Assembly (NCBI GenBank): GCA_028534125.1
Contig: CM052817.1
Location: forward strand, 95,172,001 to 95,236,000
DNA: 64,000 nucleotides
DNA from: Lama glama
Taxonomy: Eukaryota
Direction of reading: 5' to 3'
In this document: one piece after another, positions 39,746-54,104 of the stretch
How the letters are laid out: each line of letters opens with the position of its first letter
Numbering within the stretch: the stretch's first letter is position 1
Translations under genes and position numbers: made by a program
The notes under the pieces: model-generated
The model's input: only the letters and a program-made list of their open reading frames with translations
Database searches by the model: none
Told to the model about the DNA's origin: nothing

Positions 39746-40906
39746 AACTAAAATGTAGTGTAAGAATTTGAAATAAACTTAAAAGCCAAAAATGAATGCA
39801 TTTTATTACTTGCCTTCAGATCAACTACAAAGTTCAGCTTTCTAAAGTGAATAACATTTTCTTCTGCCAAAATCTGCTGTTGTTTTCAGTCAGTTCAATT
39901 AGTGTCAGTTTCCTTTTCCTCAATTAGCAAAAACAGTAAAATATTTAGACTGATTAGTCTGGTGATATAATAAGCTTATCTGGTATTATTCTTCTAGGAT
40001 AAATATCTGTAGCTTTACTAACACTTTCAGACTTCTAATTACCCATTTTTATAAAAACCTTATCCATAGATAATCTAAGATGTAAAAGTGGAAAACAGAG
40101 TGCCAAGAAAAATGAAAACATAATGCCAGTAGAATGAGAAAAATGTAGCAGCGTGTGAACTTTCTACTTGTTTTCGTAGACTTCTTTCTTTGCAATAAAC
40201 ACGTTCTAGGAAAGAAGGCACTTTCATTGCTACTCCTGAGAACAGAATGAACAAGGTATTTCCCAGCCCTGTGTTAAGAGTCATCACTGGCCTAGGCTAT
40301 TGATCTAAGCATGGGTTTTAAGGGCCCATCAAAGTCTGTTGTGAAAGAAATTTAAGAATAGGACATTTGATTTGTGTGATTGTATAACAAAAACACAGGG
40401 CTGAAAGCAGATGGGGAGAGGTAAGACAGGGGCTGGCGCTTGGGATATAAACATGGGGAAAAAATGTCGTAGAAAGTAGGAACCTAGTGCCCAAGAAGCG
40501 CCAGATGAATGAACCGAGGATTACCGGGAGGCTTCACTGGCCAGCCAGCTCCTCTAGCCTCCACAAAGGTAAACTCCAGGCCCCTGCATACACTGAGTCT
40601 CATGGTTGTCACGCTGAGGCCCCCAACTCAACAGTACAGAGGTTTCACCCAAAGGCTTAAATCCTGTCACGGTCCCAGCAGGGCCCTGGCCACCTACCAG
40701 AGTAACGAGGGTGCTGAACTAGGAGAGGGCACGGTCCCTGCTCCGCTGCGGCGTGCAGGGATGTCCACTCTTCTCCTCCTAAAATATGAAAACACAAAAC
40801 AAAAAAAGGAGAAAAAAAAATTCTTAAATGACGCCCCTTGGCTAGCTTACTGGACTGTTTATTTACTTACAGTCTCTTAACCCCAAACTAACCCTTTTAT
40901 GGCTTC

Positions 40907-41338
40907 TGTATTGACGCCAGGACTCGGACTTTGCAAATTACATTTCCCAGGCTCCTTTGCCAGCCGGCTGTTAAACTCTGCCAGTAGGAGGCGCTAGAGC
41001 AAGACGAGCTGCTGGGAGGAAGAAAGGGAGAGACTTCTTCCCTGATTTTCTTTTTTTCTGTTCCTGGATGTGTTGACCCAGCTTTCTTCAGCACTCCCAG
41101 CTCTACCATCTCCTTGGAGGTAGCCAGGCAGCATGCACTTCTCAGACACCTGATCCCCAGCTCCAGAGGGGCCCTTCCTCCAAGGAGGTGCCTGGTAATC
41201 CCAGTATCCGCCCCTCTGGTTCCCCAGGCCTAGAGGCAGCTGTCGCTTCTGCTGTCAGCTTTGGGTATCTCCCGTGTTAAAATACCTTATGTTTTTCTTT
41301 TTCTTCTGTCTCTTTTTCCCTGACTGGACTCTGATACA
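40907..41338. mobile_element. ERVL LTR (LTR33-like)
   Basis: tg...ca termini; actttgcaaattacatttcccag.ctcctttgccagc..tgactggactctgataca. Confidence 0.65.
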
Positions 41339-41975
41339 GTCCTAAGCTCTGCTAGCTGTGACATGTAAGGACATCCAACTCTTCCTTTATAAAGCTTTGG
41401 AAAGACTGAACCAAAAAGAAAAGAAAAATTGGTAAGTTTTGCTCCTTAGTTAGCTCAACTCCTATAGTCTTCCTAATTAAATTTTGAATCCATCTCAGTT
41501 TGAACATCTCGTATCTGTTTTTCCACATGCTTAAATGCCACCAATACAGCTTCCTCTAGCAGGGAATGAATTCCCATACAAAATAAATAGTTTAATTTCT
41601 TTTCCTTAGAATATGTCACACATTTTATGAAAACAAAATTTACTTTAGCAGTATGTAATTTCCACTGCATCTGTAGAGCTAAAGGTCACCTAGTAATATA
41701 TTTCCATGCCATCCCCCAGACCAAAGTAAAAGACTACCAAATTCTCATTATGAGTCATCTATCCTGAACCAAAAAAGCTCTTCTAGTGGCAAGACGTTTA
41801 ACCCTTCCTTTTAGATTTTCAGGTAGTCTCCTATCACCTGGAGAATTTGAAGAGCCTCCTGAGACACTGTATGTCCTCGCCCTTTCTGGCTAAGTTGCAT
41901 TTGAGTATCGCAGAATAAGGCTGATGGGTGGTACTTTGTTTAAGATGAGTATTTAAGAAAATCCTGTAAATACTC

Positions 41976-42600
41976 TGTGCCAGTAACTCACTTACTGCCT
42001 CTCAGCTCCAAATCCAACTTGCATTGTCCGTTCTGTGGTAACGAAGCTGGACTTTCTCCTTTGTCATTTGGCATGATGTTAATCTTTGTCAGTAGAGGCG
42101 GTTGAGAGAATGCTGGAGAAAGGAGTTTCTCTTTCTGGTTGTAGTCCACTCTTCTCCCCAGGCCCCCGCCGTGGCCAGCAGCACCCAGGACCATTAGCAT
42201 ATGGTACCTTCCTTTGGAAAAAGCAGCTTCTCATGACACCTCTTCAGTAACTGCAGCAGAGTGCTGGAGGCAAGGTACTTCCCCATGAACGAGTTCTCCC
42301 AGCACTGTGGGGCTGATTTCCAGCAGATGTCACCAGTGTGGCACTTTGGAAACCCTGCCACCTAGAGAACAAAGGCCATGATATTTCCAGCAAGGTTTGG
42401 ATGTCAGCACGCAGAGGCTCCCTCCTTGGTGCTCTTTCTCAACCTTGTGGGGAGTGACTGCTCCCTGAATCTGCGACATGTATCCTTTAGAGTTCTCTTT
42501 ACTTCTTACCAGTCAACCCCTTAATACTTCTTTATACTGGACTATCTCTATTCAGATGACTCTGGTTTCTCTCTCCTGATTGGACTCTGATGATGCATAC
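41976..42600. mobile_element. ERVL LTR (LTR33/LTR41-like)
   Basis: ctctcagctccaaatcca..ctttgtcagtagaggcg..ggtttctctctcctgattggactctga. Confidence 0.55.
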
Positions 42601-43714
42601 TGATTGGCTGTATTTTACCTCATTCCATCTGCTACCAGTACAAAGCTAAGCAAAGATCAAGCATATTCTAGACCAGGGATGCTCATGAATCACAACATAA
42701 ATGTATATTAGAGGGGGGAGTGAAGTGTTTAAAAGGCTTGATTCATGTTAGTGTAGACTTTTAGCCTTTGTCCTGCTTCAGTGAGACAATTAAAGACTCA
42801 TTCAGCTTTTAAGCCTCAGCTTTAGTGTTGCACATCAATTGTTTTGTCTGTCCTGCACCGCAGCCCTCTCATTTTGGAAAACGCAGTCATTTCTTTGGGG
42901 GCATCTGTTCCTCTCCTATCCCCACCCACTCTCCTAAATGTGTGATTCTAATGGAAGCTGCCAATAACACACCCTGTTAGAGGACTCGGCTCAGAACACA
43001 AGCCAGAGACTTTGCTTAGGATTTTTCTGAATTAGAAGTTACAGAAGCAAGTCATTTCCTCTCTGGCCAAGCTGGGAAGATGTAAATTGGGAGCTAGTGG
43101 GAACTATGGGTCCAGCCTTGTGAAAAACTCAGTCTAAGAAAATGAAGTTGATATATGGGGAAAAGGCAACAATAGGAGGAAAGAGGACAAAATTTGTTGG
43201 AGTTAGAGTGCTTGGGTTTTGCATTATCAGAGGCACAAATGTGCCCAAGTCTTTCCCATAGTTTAGTTATTTGAACCAACCAACTCCCTTTTTAACTAAG
43301 CTACTTTGACTTAGGTTTCCATCACTCGTAATTAAGAATTCTAAAGTGTTATCTATCCTGAAGACGCTGGACTACATTATTACTTGTATTCCATTCCTTC
43401 AGTGTATTTTATCTATGCTAACCATTTGCTACTTTATAATTTTTGACCTAACTGCCCGTATGGTATAACTTAACATTTAGCTAATAGTTCGTAAGGCTAT
43501 TTGTGTTTATACATTACGTTCTTACCAGTTAGATGATCATCTTCACATCTTTTACAGTGTCATGCACATGGTTTCTGATTAACTGATGGCTGGGAATTCT
43601 CTGGGGCTGTAAGTGTGGTTATCTGTTTCCCGTTTGCAGTCTTGTTTAACTATTCATTACAGTAAATGTTGTCTAGGAAATGTTCAAATAGCACACTGTA
43701 ATAATAGCCTCTAT

Positions 43715-44181
43715 TTATTTTTAAAATTGATACTTTTAAGATTCATATTTATTTTACCGAGATGTTGATTTGCAATATTACTTTAGTTTCAGGTGTAAAC
43801 ATAGTGATTCAAAATTTTTATTGATTATACTCCATTTATAGTTATTATAAAATATTGGCTATATTCCTTGCTGTACCATATATCCTTGTAGTTTATTTAT
43901 TTTATACATAGTAGTTTGTAAGTCTTAATCCCCTATCTCTATCTTGGCTCTCCCCCTACCCCTCTTCCCACTGGAAACCGCCAGTTTATTCTCCGTATCT
44001 GTGAGTTTGTTTCTTTTTTATTATATTTGCCAGTTTGTTTTATTTTTTAGATTCCACATGTAAGTGATACCATATAGTATTTGCTATCAAATGAAATTTT
44101 GCCATTTGCAGCAACGTGGATGGACCTGGGGGTATCACGTCCGTGAGGTAAGTCAGACAGAGAAAGACAAATGCAGTGTGT
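43715..44181 (-). mobile_element. L1 insertion with 5' inversion, 10-bp TSD
   Basis: Antisense L1 3' end (about 43715-44083) joined to a sense L1 piece (about 44088-44181); TAGCCTCTAT at 43705-43714 and 44182-44191. Confidence 0.8.
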
Positions 44182-46739
44182 TAGCCTCTATGAAGGCTCT
44201 ATTATAGTTAAGAAACGACGTTTTATTACATTATCTTATTTAATTGTAACACTAGGAAGTGTTATTATTTCCATTTTAACTACGAGAATACTGAAGTTAA
44301 ATTACCTCGACAGAATTTGAACCGAGGCTTAACCGACTCCGTGTTTCATCCACTATGCTATGCAGCTTCACCTGGAATGTACATGCACTACATTTTAAAA
44401 GAAAGACCTCTATTTGACACATTATAAAAAATGACTATAACTCAATTAAAAAAAAAAAGCTTAAATAAATAAATAAATAAATAAATAAAAGGCTTCTGAA
44501 GGTATGTTGTGTATACTTCTACCTTTAGCTATAGGAAATGGTTTGGGAAGAATAATGGCTTCGGTGGAGCCTCAAGGTACCAAATAATTACTACTAAACA
44601 CTGGGCATCATAAAGACATCTTTTTATTTCCTCTAGAAGTTCTGAATCGCCTCACATCAGGGATTCTCTTTGCCTGCCTGTTTAATGGTGTGCACACAGT
44701 GGGGAGTGCTAGGAACGTGGTCTCATCAGCTGATTTGCCTTTGATGTTGCTCTGTTTTGCAGTAAAGAGAGGCCCTGATCACAGTCTTGAAATAAAACCA
44801 GTGACCATTTAAAGCTAGTTTTATTTTCTGAGAAAAATATAAATAAGATACATATAAACAGGACTCTAGTTGGTTTAGTCTTAATATCTCCTGATCCAAT
44901 TGCCTTCTCTTATTTTTGTTTAATTTTTTCTTCATATACAGAAGGAGACCATTTCAATTTTTCTATCAAGTAAAGTTTACACATTGATTAAGAAGCGATA
45001 CACAAAGCAGCATTTTCTCAATAATTACGGCATCTTTAGATGTGGGCTTTTTAGAGTTTAAGTCATAAGTCAAAATTACTTTTAATTTAATTTAAATAAT
45101 AGTTTTTTTTGGTTAGTTGATTCAACTAATTTTCTTTTTTCCTAAGCTACTTTGAGCAATTATCCACACAAATGTACTAGCTGGCGTCTTTCTTGCTAGG
45201 TTTGATTTTTTTTTTAATAAAGAACTATTGTTGAAGTAAATAAAGTAATTGCAATTCATTTGCTATAGTTCACATTTCAGCTCTACATCTGTTCCTGGAG
45301 AAAAGCTTGAAAAGATTGGTGGCTCTGTATTGACTATTTGCAGTCAGAAAATGTTTCAGTAGCTCTATTTACGATGTCAAAACAGATATGAGAAAAGCAA
45401 AACATTTGTTGTATCAGTCAAGTTTTTGTTCTCAAGCACAGCAAAGAACTGATCTGTGTTATTATCACACAATAGACTAAGTTTTGCTTTTATTTTTCTC
45501 TCTCTTTTAACTGCTTACAAGTCATCCAGAATTCAGACTAATTTTGTACCAATAAAGAAGCAACAAGGATAAAAGCTGCGCTGTGAAAAGCACCATAAAG
45601 CTGGACCAATTAAATCAGGCCTCATTTAATGCGGAATTTGAGTTTAGAATCAACACTGTGAAAGAAAATTCTAGTGAAAGCTTATACCCTTAGAAGCTTT
45701 TTGTTTTAAATACATTCCTATGGTTTGGCCCACATGCAGAAGACAGTTAATCTGCAGACGGGCAGACATTCACAAGGGGACTGCTCAGTGTTGCAAACAA
45801 ACACATCCGATCCAAATCTTTCTGCAAATGGGCAGATTTTCACATATGGATCCCAAGTGACAAGAACACACACTTACTTACTTTTCTGATGCTTTTAAAA
45901 GACATCTTAGTTTCTTGTGACTAGTAGCACTAAGGAATTGCACATGTGTTTACTTCCACCCTGTGAGATGTTCCAGTAGCTCCACTGAATTCTTTTTTTG
46001 ATTGCTACTGAAATGAAAAAGAAAGTCAGACGATCAGACACATTTTTGTCCTTGGAAAACACTCTTTATTAGAGTCTTTACTCTTAGAAGCTAGAAAGAA
46101 ATTCAAATGCATGTAAGTCATCAAGGGCCACACCAGAAAATAGAAAACTTTTCTGCTCAGAGGGGCTGAAAATTAAGAGCAAATCTGTAAATTCCCTACT
46201 CCCTCGCTACCCTCTCTCCATGTTCTCCAGTAAAGAAAACAAGCTAGTCTCTTTCTCAAAAGCTGGAGGGCAACACTGAAGAGAGCCTCAGAGAGCAGAA
46301 CCCCCGCACCCCCCACCACAGACACTAAGAAAATGCCCAAATTGAACAATCCCCAGGCCCATGAAGCCATGTGTGCACCACTGTGTTCCTACGTGGATTT
46401 TCCTTCTCTCTTTCCTACTTAAAACATGGAGTGGGCAGAATGTTTTAATCCAGAGTTTTTACTGTTGTAACCTAGGAACAATAATTTGAAGCTTCTAAGT
46501 ATGTAAGTGTCACCATGGAGACAAAAAGAAATCTCTCCGAGATATGCTTCTGCCTGGAGCTTATCACTAAAAAAAGGATGTCAAACTCAAAGTATGAGTA
46601 GACTCGTGGACTGCTGAGTTAGGCGAACCTTTGGTCTTTTCCTAGTTCTGAAAATTGACTTTAAAATTTTTTACTTTTTTAGTTTTAATTTATTGGGGAA
46701 TATTATTAGTATATAATGAAAATAGATTTTGAAATGTCC

Positions 46740-47330
46740 AGATATATTGCAAGTTGGTATATAAAATGGTGTAACCTCTATGGGGAACAATTTGCAAATC
46801 ATCATCAAAATTACAATTATGTATATTCATTTATGCATAAGCAGGTCTTCTGGGAATTTATCCTACAGATACCTATAGCATATACATATGTGCTAAATAA
46901 CACATACATGAGGGTATTCATAGTGACATTTTTTGAGACAGTTAAAGCCTGGAAACAGCTTACATTTCTATTAATGGGGCATTGGTTAAAATAAAGTATG
47001 AAATACTGTGCAACCATATTGATATAGAATGAACTGCAAGATATGCTATGGGGCAAAAATAGCAACTACAGTGTACAATGTGCTACTATTTGTGTCCCGG
47101 GGAGGGGTAACATGCATATTTATTTGTTTGTATGTTGTTTGTGTGTGTGTGTATAACACATCTTTGGATGGATTTGCCAGAAGGTGCTAACGTCGGTTTC
47201 CTCATGAGGAGTGGGACTCGGTGACTGGGATACACGGGTGGGAGGGAGTCCTTTCACTGTGTACCTTTTAGAAACTTGGAATTTGAACCATGTAAATGTA
47301 CTATTTGAAAAATAGATAAACTTAAAATGA
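46740..47330 (+). mobile_element. Old L1 3' fragment (L1ME-like)
   Basis: tataaaatggtgtaacctctatgg..ttctgggaatttatcctacagata..ttttgaaccatgt-like end. Confidence 0.6.
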
Positions 47331-47334
47331 AACA

Positions 47335-47373
<39 letters not shown>

Positions 47374-47382
47374 CATATATAC
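47335..47382. repeat. Compound (CT)n(AT)n microsatellite
   Basis: Directly visible in the sequence. Confidence 0.9.
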
Positions 47383-50300
47383 ACAGGTAAACAAAACTGT
47401 TCACTGACCCACACAATCTCGTTGGTTCTACCTGCATATTCAGGACTGTCATAACATCTCTGCCTTTAATCTTGTATAAAAAGATTTTCTGATGTGAAAA
47501 ACGTATGTTCTGGAAAATGTATTAAAATAGTCATAGCTAACTGAACATATGCTGTGGGCCAGGCGGTACACTCAGCCCATCACATACATGTTCTCATCTA
47601 ATTTTCACAACTCCAGAAGATGGAGACCCTACTTGTCTTATTGTTACAGAGGAGGACATTGATGTAACACAGCTACAATGCACACCCAAGCATTACTGAC
47701 TCAAAAGCTTGTGTTTAATCACTCCACCACCCTGTTGGTCTTTTCTTCTTTCAATATACTTAAATTCTTCAAAAACTTTTGGCTGTACATCAACTCACTA
47801 AAATTGGGTAAGTAGAAAAATAAATGTATAGGAATTATTTGGCAACTGCTTACCTCATATAATCAGTTAAAACAACAACAACAACAACAACAAAAAAAAA
47901 CGCTGTTCCAGAATAGAGGCTAAATATGTTGGCTGCATTCTTGTATGCCAAGGCAGCATAATGTTGAAGCCATCTGATCAAAATCATGTCATTAAATATA
48001 ATTTGTGAATAAATAGGAACTTTCAGTGAGGGTGGGATTAACCATTAAAAAAAAAAAATTCTTCCTTGTTGGCTTGGTATCAAGAGCCAGATGTGAAAAC
48101 ATCAGTTAGCTTTGGGCTTGTGCAAATTTAAAATTTCTTAGGTTCATTGGAATTGAGTCTTGTGTAGTTCAAGTTTCACTTAGCATTGGAAGTACTCAAC
48201 TTTGGTCTTCAAAGGATAAAGATATATGAAAAGCACCATAGGGCTCCAAATATTTTATGCCAAACAATGCTGATTACTTAAATATAAACAAGTCAGTAAC
48301 ATCTGGATTATTTGCAACTTCACATACAGTTTTAAAAAGAAAAAAAGAAAATGCCTGGACGGATATATTGAAGGATTGGTCAAATGCAAAACTTGGGAAG
48401 ACTTCTTTGGGTAAATTTGTGAACTTTCTTTCTTCAAAAGGTCATCTACATTCATTGTGTAAATCAAAAGACTGAAATTTAAAAGGTCATTTCTTTGCTG
48501 TATGTCAAGAAAAACACTCAACAATATTAAAATATTCTTGTAAATAATAACATCTTCTACATTAAAGAACTTTGCTGTTTACAAAAAGATGAAGCTTTTT
48601 TTTTTTACATTTTTTAAAAAGAATAACTGTAACTTTTGGAGAAGATTACTGCAGTCCATTTTCAAGTATTTAGATGATATTAGTATCTTTTTAAAACTCC
48701 TATTCACATCCCAAAGAGCTTAAGGTAGTTTATAATGAAATAAATATACTGTTTCTATCAAAGTCCAGGCAAGAAAACAGAAACCACTCAGGGTCTTTCT
48801 CAGAGGGGATTTTATTTCAGAGGATGATATGTTTCAATCAAAAACAAGTGATGGGAAAACTGAGAAGGTGGGCATAAGACATTGGAGGCAACCCAGGGAT
48901 GAGCACACAGCATGTTACAACCACCTTAGGTCAGGAAGACAAGCGAAGGAGGCAGACTTACCAAACTCTAGAAAATGGGCCTGAGCGGAATTGGGTCAGG
49001 ATGGGCTACCTGACAGAAGTGAAACCCGGGATGTGACACAACACCTCTGCAGGTGCTGCCTGAGATGGAGTTATAAATAATTTACCTTCTCCCATCTTCT
49101 CTCCAATCTTCTGCCAGTAGCTCTCATGGGTTGACCTACCTGGAAACCAGGGAAAGAAAGAACTGGGAGATTAGTTCCCTCTGATGTAGAGTTGAGTAGA
49201 GCACAGGAAGGGCAGAGAATGGATTCCAGAGTGTAGCCTTTTTGGTACTCAGCATCCATTCTTACCCTTGGACCAGCTCAAGAGCAACTTCGTGATTGTG
49301 CCTACCATGAGGCCACTATCCATCATGCAAAGATACTGACAGCTTCAGGAGACACAAAGTCCTACTAGCCATTGTGTCCATCTCAAGGTTCTCAGGTGAT
49401 ACGCAATCCTGCTTGGATGTGGCTCCTTGTGGTCCTGGTAACCCATCAACTTAATTGTAGAATTAAGCACTACCAATTCTCATTCAGTGTAGTGGGGAAG
49501 AGAAAGGGAAAAAATCAGAAAGACAAAGAAAAGTCTGATGTATGTATGCACATATATACAGATTATGTATATATCTTATGCGGGTGAGTGTGTATTTTTT
49601 TTTTAAAGACGTGGCTGCTATGATCACTATTTCTGTAACCACTCTAGGGTCAAGGATTATGTTTATTACTTCCTTCACCACCCATTTTATAATCCTCTTG
49701 TTCTCATCCAGCACCTTGATTGTTTGGTATTTTTTACCTAGTTGGATGACTACAACCTTTGGTCCGTACTAGTCCAGCCTTTATTGGGTTGTTTTATGTT
49801 AGTGCTGGATCATACTTTGCTGTTCTCTCCCTGGGGCATGATGGCATCTGACTCTGGTCATGGGCTGAGAAGCAATAGCTGAAAGGCAGGAAAGATTGGT
49901 AATTAAGTCATGCAAGACGGCTGTTCTTCTCTCCAGCAAACTTGGGAAGCTCTGTCATCGGAAGACTTGAGAAAAGATCATAGGTCCTGTTTAGCTCTTT
50001 CTCTACCCCTGAACTGCAGCCACAGATGCCAGCCTTATTTTATATTCCACACTGAATCATGTGTGCCTCTCAGGTTGTTCTCACAAATGACCTTCTCACT
50101 GCCCCAATGATTGAAACAGTGTTGCAGAATGAAGCAAACGTGGGGATCAAAATTGTTGGGGGGCACTAAGAGGCAAGGAATAACTTGTATAAGACAGATC
50201 CCCTTGCAGAATGGTCTTCCAGAAAGAGGAGCTGGCTTCCTGCAAAGTTTCACTGAAACTGATTACAGCTTAATGCATAAAGGCTCTGGCCAATGACAAG

Positions 50301-52169
50301 TGTTGGACCCAGATCCTTCCATCCTGATCACACCAAGGAGCAGACTGGTGCTCGTCCAGCTGTGACTGTTAAAGGGCTGAGTCATGCAACCAGCTCATCA
50401 CATCATAGAACTTCAAGGCTTGGATCCCATTGCCCATTGCATGTCAGAAGATAAGGGGGCAATGCTGAACTAACAGGGTAGAGCTAGAACCAAATTTCAC
50501 ACAGCTAGATTTTCCCAGGTTCTGATCGTGCCCAGTGGTTGGGTAAAGGGCTGATCTCTAATAATGCAGCTTGAAAGTCATAGCCCAAGGGTGGGGGTCC
50601 TTCTCCAAAGCTGATTCAACCAGAAGTCTCTGCACTGCCCCGGAAGTATGGGCCATGGGAGGATCTGTGCTCCTGAGACTTCTGGTTCCATGATTCTTCC
50701 CCTGTGTGTGCTACATGGTCATTTTTCTTGGTTTTCTCAACCCCCATCTTGAGGCCTCTGTTCTGATTTGCATATTGACTTGCCTATTGATTTCCCTCTG
50801 TTCTGATTTGCATAACTCTAACCACAGAGTTATTTCTCAAGTGTTTTTCTCAGATTGAATACAGGTTCTCAGAATCTCTGATTACAACTTTCTTTCCCAG
50901 TTGGCCAATTTTTTTTTTAAATCTATGTAAATTTACCTCAAGAGTTTCAGTTCTTTTTATAGTAATAGAGAGATGTTATGCCACTAATTTCTAGCTTCTG
51001 ATATCACAGATTTGAAGCCAGATAGTTTGTCTTTCTTCCTTTGGAAGGAAAGTCTTTTTCTGACTGGAAGCATTTATGATTGTCTTAAAAATCCTTGGAG
51101 TTTCAAGTTTACCAGAATATGCCTAGGAATGTATCTTTCCTTATTAAAGCCATCTGGGTTTCAGTGAGCCCTTTCAGTCTGCATGTCTTTCTATAGCTCA
51201 AGGAAATTTTCTTTGTGAGGTTTAACTACTCCCTTTTTTCCCATTGTTTCTTTCTGTTGCCCTATAGAATGCTTGTTTTTCATATGTTGGGTCTTTGGGA
51301 CCTGTCTTCCTTATCACTTCCTTAATGCTTTCCATCCCTTTGTATTTTTGTTCTATGCTTTGAGATCTCTTTTACTTGACCTTCAGACCAATAATTTGGG
51401 TCTTTAAACATTTTCTCTTTGTATTAGTATGCTGAATTCCTAGCCCATCTGTGCTGTTTATGAAACTCTCTTAGAGTTTTCATTATATTTTTACTTCTCC
51501 TCCAGCAGTTCTCTTTGACTAAGGAATTGTTCTCAGTATGCTGTTTATTCGTCCTCTCCCTGGATGCTGGACTTCGGTATATTGACCTTCTTCCCAGGGT
51601 TCTACCTATCTTTGGCAACCACACTTTCCATAGGAACTACGGGTTTTAGATGCTGGCATCGGTGTTCTCTAGTGCAGCTCTTTAGGCTCCCAACCAGCTC
51701 AGAAAGGAGAAGGACCTGCAGGATCTCCCTCCCAACCAGGGCTGTGTTCATTATCGGCCCCACTTCTTCATCCTTTCCTATATCCAAGCCCTGTAATGTT
51801 GGCGACACCTTCCTATTCTGGATGGCTCTTCCTGCCTCAGAACTTTATACAGCTTTTAACCATGTGACTTACCTTGATCAACGGGCTGTTTACAAGCAGA
51901 GGCTTGAAAAAGTGCATGCAATGGTTCCACTTGCTGTCTGGTTCCTTTGCCTTCAGGGTGGGACTGTCTCTGCGCTAACCTGGGGAATGATGGGACACAG
52001 GGAGCTGAGGTGTGTCATCCAAATGACCCACCAAACAACTTCCCATCTCATTTCAGGATGTACATAAAGTCTGAAAATACAGGCTAATATAGATAATGCT
52101 ATCAAATATCTTTAGTTTGTAAAAAAATAAAATAGTTATTTATGTTTCTAGCTGTCACGGGCATTTTTG

Positions 52170-53027
52170 TCCATTAAAAGTCGAAGTCCTTATGATGATC
52201 TACAAGGAAGCCCTATATGAGCGCCTACTTTTCCCACCTCTCTGAAGTCTCTGATTTTCCTTCTGGCTCATTCGGGTCCAGGCTCAATGGCCCCCGTGCT
52301 GTTCTTCCTCAAACTTGGGTGCTCTCCTGCCTCAGGGCCTTTACATGTGTCTGGAATGCCCTTCCCCTTTTACCCAGATATCCAAATGCATGGCTCACTC
52401 CCTCTATTCCTTCGTATCTCCTCAGAGGTCACCTTCCCTCAACATCCTACTTGTTCCTGTCCAGCACTCTCTATTCTTTTTCTGTTTTATTTTTCTCTAT
52501 AGCACTTACCTAGCATACACTATATTTTACTTATTTATTGATTGAATTATTGGTTTTTAATTTTTTATTGAAGTGCAGTTGCTTTACAATATCAGTTTCA
52601 GGTATACAGCAAAGTGATTCAGTTACACATATACATACATATACATATATATATTCTTTTCAGATTCTTTTCCAATATATGTTATTACAAGAAATTGAAT
52701 ATAGTTCCCTGTGCTATATTGTAGGTCTTTGTTGATAATCTATTTTATATATAGTAATATGTGTCCATTAATCTCCAACCCCTAATTTACCCCTCCCCAC
52801 ACTGTCCTCTTTGGTAATCATAGTTTGTTTTCTATGTCCTTGAGTCTGTTTTTGGTTTGTAAATAGAATTTGTTATCATTTTTTTTTTAGATTCCACATA
52901 CAGGTGATATCATATGATGTTTGTCTTTCTCTGTCTGGCTTACTTCACTTAGGGTGATCATCTCTAGGTCCATCCATGTTGCTGCAAATGGCATTATTTC
53001 CTTCTTTTGTAAGGCTAAGTAATATTC

Positions 53028-53062
<35 letters not shown>

Positions 53063-53190
53063 CACTTATTTGTTTTGTTTGCTCCCTTCCTCACTAGATT
53101 GTAATTCTCTGAGGCAGGACTTTGTCTGTTTTTGTTTTCTGCTGTATCTCTAATACCTAGACTGTACTTAGTAAATATTTATTGAATTGA
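52170..53190. mobile_element. L2 3' fragment split by a younger L1
   Basis: cctgcctcagggcctt..ctggaatgcccttccc and cactagattgtaa.tct.tgaggcaggac..tagtaaatatttattgaat. Confidence 0.7.
52555..53030 (-). mobile_element. Younger L1 3' end
   Basis: tttattgaagt..agtttcaggtatacagcaaagtgattcagtta..tccatccatgttgctgcaaatggcattatttc; followed by (TG)n at 53030-53059. Confidence 0.85.
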
Positions 53191-54104
53191 ACAAAGCAAT
53201 CAACATTTTTAAACATCATCTTTGGAATGGAAGCAAATGCTTATTTTTATTGTATCAGAACAAACATTCTGTTCATCTAAAAGTTGCATTGTGTCATTTA
53301 AGTTCAAGTAAAATCTAATGGTGGCTGAAGAGGGATGGTCATTTCAGATACAATTTATTTAATCTATCAAGGACCTGCCACTATTCTCATAGTGGTAGAC
53401 ATGATGTGAGTTTTTAACAAATTTGAATATCCAAATAATTTTTTCTGTGAAATAAAGGGTTAATTATGTCTCAACAAAAGCCTTAAAAATTCTTAGACAT
53501 TCCCAATAGATTTCTCATTAAGTTAAAACATAATAGAGTTTTGGTCATTAGCATAATATGACATGAGCTATTCTGAGGCTTTGCTTAAATACATAACTTC
53601 ATAATGTATTTCAAACAGAGAATAATTCAACTTTTTCATCGTCACAAATTGTTTACACACACTTTTTTTTCCAATTAACAGTGAGACATGCTTATAACTG
53701 AATGTTTGTAAAACATACAAACAAAAATAAACAAGAATCTTCCCTTTTCCTTTTAATTCTGTATGTCATTAAGAATTCTTCATAAATGTGGTTATAACTG
53801 CAACCACCAATTTATATGGGTGGTCCTCCATAATTTATTTATCTATTCTTCTGTTACAGGATTTGTAAGTTATTTTTTTATTTTTCTCTGTTATGAATAA
53901 GGCTTTGATGATCATCCTTGTACATAATTCTTTGAATATATCTCTGTTATATATATTTTGGATGAAGTCTCAGATATAGAACTAATAAATCAACATTGAA
54001 GAATTTCTTGCTACATATTGTCACATTATTTTCCAGAAATATTACATTACTATTTACTTCCATTAACAGTGTGTTAATGCATCTCATTCCCTCAGCACTG
54101 AATG

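Noticed and set aside
51564..52067. 167-aa plus-strand ORF
   Set aside because: No recognisable domain; it lies in sequence resembling a decayed antisense L1-type element.
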